DNA of 64,000 nucleotides from Camelus ferus (lineage: Eukaryota). The position numbers and the translations under genes were made by a program. Shown one piece after another: positions 39,821-52,699 of the stretch. The notes under the pieces were generated by a model that was given only the letters and a program-made list of their open reading frames with translations, ran no database searches and was not told the origin of the DNA. How positions within the stretch are numbered: the first letter of the stretch is position 1; every line of letters begins with the position of its first letter. The DNA lies in NCBI RefSeq assembly GCF_009834535.1, contig NC_045696.1, positions 47,618,001 through 47,682,000 of the forward strand, written 5' to 3'.

Positions 39821-41113
39821 CTATCTTAAGCACTTGGTAAACTTTTACATGTGTTAATTAATTATATTTTCACTAAACTGTATAATGTAGCTACAAATAC
39901 TAACCTCATTTTATAAATAAGAAAACTGAGGCTTAGAGAAGTTAAGGAATTGGCCCAATTTCATACAGCTCTCAGGTACTGGAGAATGGATTCTGGCAGT
40001 ACCTTGCACATATCAAAAACACAGAGTGATTTTTAGCCATTCTTACTATCATTCAGGAGGTTGTTGCATATAGTCATCAATTTCCTCAATTATACCTTCT
40101 AAGTATCTGTCATGGGTGTTCCTCTTAAATCTCACTGCCATGCCTTTTCTCAGACATTTACAATTTCTCACCTGGATCCTGGATTATGCCTGTAGTATCA
40201 TCAGAGGTCTGACCCTAATCTTTGCTCTAGCCCTCCCTCCAAATCATTCTGCCCTGAGCTGCCAGAGCAAGCTTACTGCAAGTGACATCTAACCAGTCAG
40301 GTCCTATTTAGACCACTCCAGGCTAAAGATTGGGGTATTCCTTCAGCCGTGTGTAAATAATTACACTATTTTGCACACTACAGTGTGCTTTTTTTTGTTT
40401 GTTTGCTTGACTGTCCTCCCCACTGGATGGCAGATTCCTTGCAGACAATAGGGACTGTCTTTAATTCTCTAACCCATGGTATAGTGGCTAGAAGACATAT
40501 CCAAGGCAACAATAAGTGTTCAATGCTCCAATGATATCACTCTCTTTTTGAAAAGCTTCCAATGCCTCTCCATTGCTTATTAAAGTAAAAACTCCTTATC
40601 CTGGCATTCAAGGCCATTTAACATGTTTACTCAGCCTAATAGTTTTGTCTCATTATTTATTCATCATTCATTCATTCAGTAGTCAATTACTAAGTACCTA
40701 CTATATATGTTAACACAGTGTTGAGTATTAAAAACAGGAAAATGACTGTTTCTATTATTCCATCACAAAAATATTAGCTGAAGGATACACCTGATACTAA
40801 CACACACTTCCAGCTACAGCTCTGCCTTTCAAAAGTCCACCTCTGCCAGAAGCCTTGCTTCAACTTCCTCTTCCCCCTACTCTTTGAACCCCCAAAGAAC
40901 TTTATGTCTCTTTCCCATCATTTACACTATTTTCACCTCTATTATAATTATTTGCATGCTCATCTTAACCTTTCTTCTAGACCTAAGTCTCCTTGAAAGC
41001 AAGAACCTTGTCTTACCCACCTTTGTCTTCTTCACACCCCATTTTTGACCCAATGATTTGTATATTAGGAACTCACTAAATGTTTGCTAACTGGAGTGGA
41101 ATTCAACACTCAC

Positions 41114-41239
41114 CACACTGAATGATGAATGGGATGGCCATGGCTTGTCTTCTGTGATACCGAACAGAATCTAAAGATCTCTCCACATCATTATTCGCAT
41201 ATCCAAATTCATTCCAAAACAATGTCAGATTTCTATTAC
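41114..41239 (-). CDS. MORC1: MORC1 coding exon, 126 nt (linker and first Cys of the CW finger)
   Basis: ttttttttcAG|GTAATAGA...TGTG|GTGAGT; (S)NRNLTLFWNEFGYANNDVERSLDSVRYHRRQAMAIPFIIQC(D); phase 1 to 1. Confidence 0.96.
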
Positions 41240-44029
41240 CTGAAAAAAAAGGAAGAAAAAAGAAAGCAGGCAGAGAATAATGAAAGAATATAAAATCAAT
41301 AAGATCAAGATGATAAGCAAAGAGAAGTTTGGATATAAACATATGTATATACAATATGATCTCAACTATGTAAAACTTAGTATATATATACAGAAATAAG
41401 AAATTAAAATATTAACATTGGTTTTCTCTGAGTACAGGTGAAATTTGTTTTCTGCTTTATACTCTCTTGCATTGTCCAAATTATATGTAATAAATATGCA
41501 ATACCTTTATAATAAAACTAAACACAATTTCAGTTATAAAATAAATACCTACTTTTATTGTTGCAGTAAAATACATTGACATTTCAAATTTTTTTCTTAA
41601 ATATTCCCAGGAGAGACTGTACTGATTAAACTTAACAGCCACCCTTAAGACTACTGATACAAATATTTATCATCTTGTCTCACATCCAGAGTTTCTATTT
41701 TCTCTCTTTCCCCCTTTCCTTCCAGTCTCTGTTGTTTATGTCCTACCCTCGCCCCAGACTCTAAACATCATCCTTGCTTAGAAACAGCACTTGTTGTGGA
41801 GGAATATGCAGGAGTCCTCCTTGAGAGGCAGTGTTTTTATTCTTTGATCCAGCAATTGCACCGCTAGGAATCTTTCCTACAAACACACAAAACAATGGCC
41901 ATATATATTATAGCACTTTTTAAATAGCAAACAAACAAAACAAAAACAGAAACAAAACATCTGGAAGCAATGTAAAAGCCTAGAACAGGGAACTGATAAA
42001 TCCCATTTCCAAACAAGGGAACACTAGGTAACCTTTAAAACACGGAGTTAGAGCCAAATTATTGTATTAAGATCTCCAAGAGAGAATTTTAATAGTAATT
42101 TTTTAAAGACATAAAACAGCATACCTAGCATAGTCAATTTTTGCAATGCAAAAAAGCATATACATATAAAATTTTGACAGACATACTTTTCTTTTCCTAA
42201 AAGGATACAAAAGAAAGTTTTAATAGCGGCTATCACTGGAGAAAGGGACAGTTTGAGAAGAGGTCAGGGGAAGGTACTTTCACTTTTTATTTTTTACTTT
42301 CTGAACATTTTGAATGTTTTTACACGTGCATGTATCACTTAAAAAATTTTTTTTGAAAAAAGAATCCACGTTTACCATTCTGTCCAATATGATAACCAAC
42401 TGGCCACATGTGGCTACTGACCACTTGAAATGTGGCAGACATACATTTCATCAACGTACAAAGTTCAAAAAGTAAGGTTCTAAAATATATATCTTGGAAA
42501 TAACATACATGAAATAGGGCCAGGCTTACATCAACCTTAACATATCACTGTGTAATCCAAGCAAAACACAAATAAACATCCTTACACCTAACTATTCCTG
42601 TTAAAATTTAGGTTCAGAATGCTACGTGCCTTTAAGACTAACAGGGAAGGGACTCAGTCTTCCAAAGGGGCTTTACAACTGGGCTGGGCTGACAGCCCAC
42701 AAATTCTCAGGTCTCCTGCCTTGTTTTTTCACAAAATCCCTACCAGCTCGTACCTCAAATTTCACTTTGCATTCTGCTCCTTGGGCTTTTCTCAACTCAG
42801 ACCCTACTTTTTCACTGCACACCAGATCCTGAAATACTCTTTGGGACAGGGCTCATGAGGTCCTGTCCTCTGAATTTCACATGAACTACTCAGCTCTTAC
42901 TATGTTGAGGCATGAAGTGGTGTAGATTAAAGTCAGGTGACTTTGACCACTGTGTCTGCCACAAATTCACTGTGTAACTGTGGGAAGCCAGTAAATTTTC
43001 TTAACCATAAAGTAAATGTTTACAATAACTTGCCTTACATTGTTATCACTAAGAATAAATATGAAGGTGTATTAAAAACTATAGGGCCCTGAAGAAATTT
43101 AAGTTGCTGCTAATCTGTATTTGTTCTCTTTCTCATTGTTACTTCCCCAAGAAGACCTCACCTTTTCAAAGGAGGAACTGTGCTTTATCACTTTGCATGC
43201 CCTCAACTCAGAGATCAGCATCCTGCACCTAACAAGCCCTCAAAAAATGTTGCTGCACTCTTGACAAAACAGCTCATTGATGTGTTGTTCAGGATAAAAT
43301 AAAATTTAAATAATATCTCTCCCTGAAAACATTAACTAAACACAATTAACACAACCCAGCAAACTTATAAAATGAGTATCAACTGTGAACCCCACCACGA
43401 GGATTTTAACAGAGGTAAAACTACTAGAATGTTAGAAATATAGACACACACCTCTTGAGTGTGGGTTGTTACGTGCTCTGTGATCACACCACTCTTACAA
43501 CATTACACATTACATTTCAGTTCACTTTGATGCCTGTTTTTCCCTTTAGAGAGTGAAATCCTTGAAGACAATAGCTATGTTTAGGATTCTGTTTTCAGCA
43601 GCTGACACTCAGAGCTTAATGTTTACTTATAAGACTAAATAATACTAAAGGATTACTGGTTATCAAAGGCAGAAATGAGAACATTCAGTAGCCCAACATC
43701 TAATGATAGCTGACTGATAGAAGATATACTATTCAAAGTAGATATCAGGACAAAGAAAACAACCAGAGTTACTCAATCTGGGGATCAGAAATGGCTTTTC
43801 CTAACTGCCATGGGAACTTTGACTTTTTTCCTTCAGACAGAAGTTACTCCAATATGAACAATTTATAATATGTTATTAAAACAAATTTCCATGTAGTGGC
43901 CCCTAAAGACTAGGTAGATGCTTCAGCAAGTAGATAAGTACATTGGTCAGTGAAATGGCAGTGGGAAAAAACATATCACACCAGTTCCTGTTTTGTTCCA
44001 TGTGTTACTCAGTTTGTAGATATTTATAC

Positions 44030-47000
44030 AATTATCCTGAGAAAATAATTCCTCCCATTCAAAGGAACTCCCAAAAGGCTATTAGTGGATTTTTCAGCCA
44101 AAACACTGAGAGAATGGGATAATATAATCAAAGTGCTGGGAGGAAAAAAAACCCCTGCTAATCAAGAACATGTTATCCAGCAAATATGTCCTTTAGAAAT
44201 GAGGGAAAGATAAAAAAAAAAAAATCAACAAACAAAACAAAAGCTGAGGGAGTTAATTACCAGTAGTCCTGCCTTACAAGAAATATTAAAGGATGTTCTC
44301 CAAGCTGAAATGAAAAGAAACTAACTAGTAACTTGAAAACATAAAACTCACTGGTAAGGGTAAATACATAGTCAAAATCAGGATACTTTAATTTTGTAAT
44401 GGTGGTATATAAATCACTTAAATCTAGTATAAAGTTTAAAAGACAAAAGTATTAAAAAAAAACCATAGCTACAATAATTTCTTAATGGATATACAATAGT
44501 AAAACATGTAAGCTATGAAATAAAAAACAAAATGTTTGTGGGGGGAGGGAATATAAAGGTCAGGTTTTTACATGCAAGTGAAGTTGTTATACTTAGAATA
44601 AACTATTATAAGTATAACGTATTTTATGTAAATCTCATAACCACAAAGCAAAAACGCGTAGCAGATGCACAGAAGATAAAAAGAAAGGATTCAAAATATA
44701 ACACTACAGAAAATCATTGTAACACAAAGGATGAGACCAAGAGAGGAAGAAAGAAACAAAGGAACTAAAAAGCAGCCAGAAAACAATCAATAAGATAGTA
44801 GCAGTAAGTCCTTATCTATCCATAATTATTTTAAATGTAAGTGGATTAAATTCTCCCATCAGAAATTGTATAGTGGCTGAATAGGTAAGATCCAACTATA
44901 TGCTGCCTATAAGAGATTCACTTTAGTTTTAAGGACACACATTAGCTCAAACTGAAGAGATGGAAAAAAATATACAATGCAAATGGAAACCAAAAATGAG
45001 CATGGGTTAACTATACTCATATCAGAACAAATAAACTTTAAGTCAAAAATGATAAGAAGAGGGAAAAAAAAGTTATTACCCAGTGATAGAGAAGTTGAAT
45101 CATCAAGAGGCTATAACAATTGTAAATACACATACATCCAACATCAGAGCACCTAAATATATTAAGCAAATAGTAACAAATTTAAAGGAAGAAATAGACA
45201 GCAACGCAATGATAGTAGGGAATCAAAAAAAAAAAAAAAAAAGAAAGGAAAAAAATCATGATCATCTCAATAAACACTGAAAAAGCATTTGATAAAATTC
45301 AACACCCATTCATGATAAAAAAAAAAAAACTCTTACCAAAGTTGGTATAGAGGGAAACATATCTCAACATAACAAAAGCTATTTATATTTAATGTGATCA
45401 CTATCAAATTACCCAGAAAATTTTTCACAGAAATAGAACAAATAATCCTAAAATTTATACAGAATCACAAAAGACCCAGAATTGCCAAAGCAATACTGAA
45501 GAAAAAGAATGAAGCTGGAAGAACAACCCTCTCAGACTTCAGATACTACTACAGAGCTATGTAATCAAAACAGCATGGTTTTGATACAAAAACAGACATA
45601 TGGATCAATGGAACAGAATAGAGAGCCCAGAAATAAAACCCACAAACTTTTGGTCAATCTTTGACAAAGGAGGCAAGAACATACAACGGAGTAAAGACAA
45701 TCTCTTCAGCAAATGGTGCTGGGATAACTGGAGAGCCATATGTAAATCAGTGAAGTTAGAATGCTCCCTCACACCATACACAAAATAAACTCAAAATGGC
45801 TTAAAGACTTCAACATAAGACAAGACACTATAAACCTCTTAGAAGAAAACACAGGCAAAGCATTATCTGACACAAATCTCAGCAATGTTCTCCTAGGGCA
45901 TTCTACTCAGGCAATAGAAATAAAAGCAAAAATTAACAAATGGGACTTAATTAAACTTATGAGCTTTTCACAGCAAAGGAAACCATAAGCAAAACAAAAA
46001 GACAACCTACGGAATGGAAGAAAATATATGCAAAAGATGAAACTGACAAGGGCTTAATTTCCAGAATATATAAACAGCTCGTACAACTTAATAACAAAAT
46101 AAAACAACCCACCCAATCCAAAAATGGACAGAAGACCTAAACAAGCAATTCTCCAATGAAGACATGCAAATGCATTGAAAAAAAAATGCTCAATATCATT
46201 AATCAGAGAAATGAAAATCAAAACTACAATGAGGTTTCACCTCACCCCAGTTAGAATGGCCATTATTCAAAAGTCCACAAATGATAAATGCTGGAGAGGG
46301 TGTGGAGAAAAGGGAACCCTCCTACAGTGTTGCTGGGAATGTAGTTTGGTGCACCCATTATGGAAAACAGCATAGAGATTCCTCAAATGACTAAAAACAG
46401 ACTTACCATATGATCCAGCAATCCAACTCCTGGGCATATATCAAGAGGAAACTCTTAATTTGAAAAGATACATGCACCCCAATGATCATAGCAGCACTAT
46501 TTACAATAGCCAAGACATGGAAACAACCTAAATGTCCATCAACAGATGACTGGATAAAGGAGCTGTGGTATACTTATACAATGGAATAGTACTTGGCCAT
46601 AAAAAAATAATAAAATAATGCCATTTGCAGCAACATGGATGGACCTAGAGATCATCATTCTAAACGAAGCCAGAAAGAGAAAGAAAATACCATACGATAC
46701 CACTTGTATGTGGAATCTAAAAATAAAGAAAAAAAGAGGACACTAATGAACTCATCTACAAAACAGAAACAGACTCACATAGTAAACAATCTTATGGTTA
46801 CCAGGGGAGGAGGGTGGGAAGGGATAAATTTGGGAGTTAAAGATTTGCAAATGTTAGCCACCATATATAAAAATAGATTAAAAAACAAATTTTTCTGTAT
46901 AGCACAGGGAACTGTGTTCAATATCCTGTAATAACCTTTAATGAAAAAGAATGTGAAAACAAATATATGTATGTATAACTAAAACATTATGGTGCACACC

Positions 47001-49118
47001 AGAAATTGACACAACATTGTAAGCTGACTATACTTCAATTAAAAAAAATATTGAGATAAATGAAAACAGAAACACAACATACCAAAACATCAGATGCAAC
47101 AAAAGCAGTTCTAAGAAAGACATCCATAGTGATAAGCACCTACATTAAGAAACAAGAAAGATCTCAATCTAATTTTACACATCAAGGAACTAGAAAAAGA
47201 ACTAAGACCAAAGTTAACAGAAGAAAGTAAATATCAGAACAGAATAAATGGAATAGAGAATTTAAAAATAGAAAAGATCACTAAAACTAACAGCTGCTTT
47301 TTGAAAAGATAAATATAACTGACAAACCCTTAATCAGACTAGGTAAGAAAAGAGTGAAGACTCAAATAAAATCAGAAATGAAAGAGGAGACATTACAACT
47401 GATAATACAGAAATACAAAGGACATTAAGAAACTATGAACAACTACTTGCCAACAAATTATATGACGTAGAAGAAATAGGTAAATTCCTAGAAACATATA
47501 ACCTACTAAGACTGAATCATAAAGAAATAGAAAATCTGAACAACCCAAGAATGAATAGAGAGATTGAATCAATAATCAAAAAATCTCTCAACAAAGAAAA
47601 GCCAAGTACCAGATAGCTTTACTGGTGAATTTTATCAAACATTTTTAAAAAATGAATTCCTGTCCTTCTCCATCTTTTCCAAAATTGAAGAGGAAGACAC
47701 ACCTCCAAACTCATTTTCATAAGGCCCACATTACCCTGATTCCAAAACCAGGTACGGACACTACAAGAAAAGTACAGGCTAATGCCAGTGGTGAACATGG
47801 ATACAAAAATTGTCAACAAAATAAAGCACACCAAATTCAGCAGAGAGATAGGAGGATTGTGTGGTATTCATCTCTGGATGCAAGAACGGTTCAACATACA
47901 CAAATCAATAAACACCATACATCACATTAATGGAATGAAGAATAAAAATCATTTGATAATCTCAATAGATGTAGAAATAGCATTTGACAAAATTCAACAT
48001 CCTTTTATGATAAAACCTCTCAATGCATTAGGTACAGAAGCAATATACCAGAATAGACAAAGCCATCTTGAGAAAGAAGAACAAAACTAGAGGCATCACA
48101 ATTCCTAATTACAAATTATATTACAAAGCTATAGTAATCAAAACAGTATGGCATTGGCAGAAAAACAGAAATACTGACCAATGGACCAGAATAGGAAGCC
48201 TAGAGGTAAACTCACACATATACAGTAAACTAACCTTTGACAAAAGTGCCAGGAATACACAATGGGGAAAGAATAGTCTTTTCAATAAATGGTGGGAAAA
48301 ACAGGTTAAAGACTTAAATGTAAGACCCGAAACCATAGAGTTCCTGGAAGAAAATAAAACAAAAAGCTCCTTGATGTTGGTGTGGGCATTTATTTTTTTG
48401 GATATGACACCAAAAGCACAAGTAACAAAAGGAAAAAAAACCCAAGTGGGACTACATCAAAGTGAAAAGCTTTTGTACAGCAAAGGAAACAATCAAAAAA
48501 TGAAAAGGCAACACACAGAAGGGGAGAAAATATCTGTGGATCATTTGTACGATAAGGGGTTAATATCTAAACTACACAAAGAACTCACACAATTGAATAG
48601 CACAAACAAAAACATAAAAACCAAATACTTATTTAAAAATGGGCAAAAAATCTATTGAACAGTTTTCCAAAAAAAGACATACAAATAGCTAACAGGTTCA
48701 TGAAAAAGGTGTTCAACATCACTAACAATCAGGGAAATGGAAAACAAAACCAAATAAGCTATCACCTCACACCTGTTAGGATGGCTATTATCAAAATGAG
48801 AAGAGATAAACAAGTGTTGTCAAGGATGTGGAGTAAAAAGGATCCCTTGTACATTGTTGGTGGGAATGTAAATTGGGACAACCATTATGGAAAACTGTAT
48901 GTGGTTTCCTCAAAAAATTAAAAGTATAACTACTATATGATCCAGAAATCCACTTCTGGGTGTGTATCTGAAAGATATGAAATCAGTGTCTTGAAGAGAT
49001 ACCTGCACTCCCATGTTCACTGCAGCATTAGTTACTACAAGCAAGATATGGAAATACTAAAGTCACCTTAATATTCACTGATGGATGGGATGTTGAAGAA
49101 AATGTGTGTGTATGTGTA

Positions 49119-49155
<37 letters not shown>

Positions 49156-49690
49156 TTAAGAGGGAGAATAGACTATTATCCATAAACAATTTGGAAATCC
49201 TTCCACTTGCAACAAGAATGAACTTGGAGAGCATTCTGCTAACTGAAATAAGCCAGACAAAGAAAGATAAATATTGTGTGCCATGACTTATATGTGGAAT
49301 CTAAAAATTACAGTAATAATATAGTTGAACTCATAAAAACTGAGAGTAGAGTAAAACCAGCAACTGTGGGCCAGAGGAAACAGGGAGGTGTTGGTTGAAG
49401 GGTACAAACTTTCAGTTATAAGATGAGTAAGTTCTGAGGATCTAATGTACAGCATGGTGACTACAGTCAATAATACTGTACTGTATAATTGAAATTTGCT
49501 GAGAGAGTAGATCTTAAGCATTCTCACCTCTTACACATGTAAAACAGTAACTATGTGAGGTGGCAGAAATATTAATTAACTTAATTGTGGTAAATATTTC
49601 ACAATGTATATGTATAGCAAATCATCATGTTGTTCACTTAAAGCATACACTAGCTTTTGTAAATTATATCGCAATAAAAATGGGAAAAAA
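44030..49690 (+). mobile_element. Older L1 (L1MA9-like 3' UTR): ORF1 C-terminus, inter-ORF, ORF2 with deletions, 3' UTR; interrupted by a younger L1
   Basis: ORF1-like text 44050-44340; endonuclease start (ttaaatgtaagtggattaaattctcc; NIRAPKYIKQ); ORF2 resumes at ~47049; 3' end gagagagtagatcttaagcattctcacc...caataaaaatgggaaaaaa; internal (TG)n(AG)n at ~49102-49153. Confidence 0.92.
45226..47048 (+). mobile_element. Younger 5'-truncated L1 nested in the older L1
   Basis: Own ORF2 3' half ([23 protein letters not shown]) and a distinct 3' UTR ending gctgactatacttcaattaaaaaaaa, after which host-L1 ORF2 continues. Confidence 0.88.
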
Positions 49691-50809
49691 GTCACTGTCT
49701 ATCCTAGTCTGGCAAAATACAGTAAAATTAATAAAAATTCATTATATTACATTGGCCTTAACTAATGGAATGGTATACAATTATGGATTTTTTAATATGT
49801 GGTTTTTATAAAACATCTTTTGTTAATACGTCTTAATGAAGGTTTTAAAATTGCTGTTTCATCCAGAAGTCAATTAAGAGCAAAAAAATGAAATTTCAAA
49901 ACATGCAAAAGTACTTGATTTTTAAAAACACATCTTAAATATTTCCACCCACCTACAGAGTGCTATGTAGATAACCCCAAATTTATTAATTTCAAAATTA
50001 TATTATTTTAACAACTGCAGGGTATTCTAATCTGAAAATTCAGTTTACTTTTGAAAACAGGAAATGGCTATAACCAAACAGGTAGTATTCAAAATTACGA
50101 AAGAATGCATATCTTGAGACTTTTGTTTGAGTAATCAATGAGCATGATCAAGGGTTAATGCACAGAGAATTAAAGTCATAATTTCTAGACTAAGTATCTG
50201 AGAAAAACTGCGAAAATTTAATTTATTACTCGCTCTGTTTAGAGTACTTTATTCAGAAGATTCCTAACTGCTTAAATTAGTCTGATTAATTTTTCAGGTC
50301 TCTTAAAACTAGGAAAAAATAATGGGAACTACTACAATAACTTACGAAAAATTTGCCACAAACCAGTAACTAAAAGATCAGTTCAAATAGATTTTGCCTC
50401 TTAAAAAGAGGAGAAGCACAACACCCTCCTAGATGTCAGTTTCATGTCTATTCACAGAATGTACAATGACATCCAGGGAATCAATTAGCCAAGGGGAAAA
50501 ATAATAAAATTCAGTAATAAACTACCAAAGCCAAGCTTTGATTGTTTCCATCAAAACAAGGAAGGCTACACAGTTTATGAAATCAAAGCACCAGGAAAAT
50601 CGTAAGATGGAGAAGGTATTTAAATCAGGTCCCTGTCTTCAGGTTGTTCTGCATCTTAAACAGATGATTATATTCTATTTCTAAAGATCTCCTCCGACAG
50701 AAGTTACACACCCATTCTCAGGAGACTATAAATCATGCCGCCTCCTCTGCGGAAGACTGTCCTGTTTGTCATTCGAAGCTAAGCCAGACATCAGACCCCT
50801 CCTAAGCTG

Positions 50810-51355
50810 ATCCACGGTGTGGTCATTTATCTTGTATAGTCTTGATGGCATCTCTGGGTTAGGGATGGCAAACTGGTTTCAACTGATATGTCAGTTCCAA
50901 CCTGTTGGTAGTGATGCCTGTACCCTCTCTAAGCCAATCGCCCCTTAAGAGGAAGAAGTGGCACAACAGCTTAGAGAGTGTGTGGTGCACGTGGGATGCG
51001 GGAAGGCCTACATAACCGCTTCCCAAAGGGCTCTGTTTGATTGGAGGAAAACAAGGCAAGAGATGTCTTCAGCAGTGGTGAAGAGGCCTTCAACGCCATC
51101 CCTTCTCTTGGCTCCTGGGTGTGCTGGAGTGGGGCTGGGCCTGTCTTGGGGTAGTGTACAGTCAGTGGCAGCTGCAGCCAGAATGTCTTCACTTCTTCAC
51201 CCTACAGTGAGCACAGCAGGCTCCAGGCAAAATTCCAGAAATCTGCGGCGCTGGCCCAACCTGCACTGAGTGTCAGCTTCATGACTTCATCTGATGACGC
51301 AGCACTGCTGTCTCTCACTTCCTATCAGCTGCTTCCTGTAAGGAGCTCCTTAAGC
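50810..51355. promoter_or_regulatory. Candidate intronic enhancer or alternative promoter
   Basis: Unique, locally GC/CpG-richer segment with overlapping ETS-GATA-E-box-ETS (51317-51338), CATCTG, TGACG, two TGTGGT, two CCAAT and CACGTG. Confidence 0.4.
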
Positions 51356-52699
51356 TGCAAAATGATTTCAAAACCACCACCCCCAACTTGAGAAAATACA
51401 TGATGACAAAAAATAAGTTAAAAATTTAATAACACGTGTGATTAAGATGTGATTTTCCATCTTACTACCCACAACTACATCTATACATACTTGAAAAGCT
51501 GCAGCACATATATGCACAAGGCATGACACTACTTTAGACAGTCATTGGTAGGCAGGGATCTAAGGACTCCGAGTCATACTCAAAGGCCCCCTAGGGCCTC
51601 CTGCCTCCCAGTTCAGAACCACATTGTTCTGTGAGCTGAACACTAGGTAAGAAGACTGCTGTGAGCCTCGTGATGACAAACCTTCAAAAACAAATCTGAG
51701 GAAAGTTAGATTTCCATGGCATCTTTTCTTTTAAAGAAGCAATTTTACTTTCCCTTTTAAGGTTATATTTTCATTTAGTCATTTTCATAGCTTTTCTTTA
51801 GATATATTCATTTTTTTCTATTCTTTCTAAAATGTGGAAGTCAAAATTAGACATAATAATATGATCTACTGCACACTCATAAAAAGTTCTGTGTTATCAC
51901 GGGCAAAAGCCTAGTCATCTAGTCTCCCCTCAATGCCTGGGTTAGCATAATTTATCCTTCTACCAGGATTCTCTTTACCTCACTCAGACATACACAAAAT
52001 CTCTAACTGACTTAATGTTCTCAAAAGTCTAAACATTCTTCTGTTGTTAATACAACTTATGTGTAATTCTGATTGCATTGTCTTACTTTCAGAGTCATTA
52101 GCTACAATTGACTCTCTTTTACCAAGGTACACATATGCAGACTAATGAAGAAAGTTTTGAGATCTTGCTTCTGATATGGCAGGGTAAAAATCAAACTGTA
52201 AGAATCAAAGTGTATATAATTCCAGACAAAAGAAAAATGGTTGGCTTTTTCATATTTTATCTGCAATACAGGTGAGATCCTCTGAGATATTTTAGCAAGA
52301 AACTTCATTATAGATGTAAAAAATGTCATTATCATGATAATAAGTGCAGTCAGAAAGAAAAGGAAGCCTAAGTGCTGTCAATGGTGATAATTTCAATTGC
52401 CAGGTGAAAGCAATGTAAATGAATAAAATCTAAGAATGTGATTTAAACAAAAAAAAAGGAAGTCAATCCACTGAACTCCTGAACCATCCCGCTATTTGCT
52501 GGGAACTGGCACAAAGTAACAATTTTAAACAGAGTATATATTGATGCCATATAAATCAGTCAGGCACAATGTCTGTACTGTTTTTTAATATTTTAATTTT
52601 ATCTCTAATTCCTCTCACATCAAGCTCTTCCTCCAATGCAATTTGCTCAGTGGTACAGAGCTCTACTGCTGCTGCTGTCAAATAGTAAATCACCAGCTA

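Noticed and set aside
48068..48658. 196-aa ORF, the longest in the track
   Set aside because: L1 ORF2 remnant that drifts out of the L1 frame after a deletion; not a host gene.
50958..51269. 103-aa + strand ORF (and overlapping minus ORFs) as a nested gene
   Set aside because: Non-ATG start, no recognisable homology, and longer ORFs are expected in GC-richer DNA; the regulatory reading is preferred.
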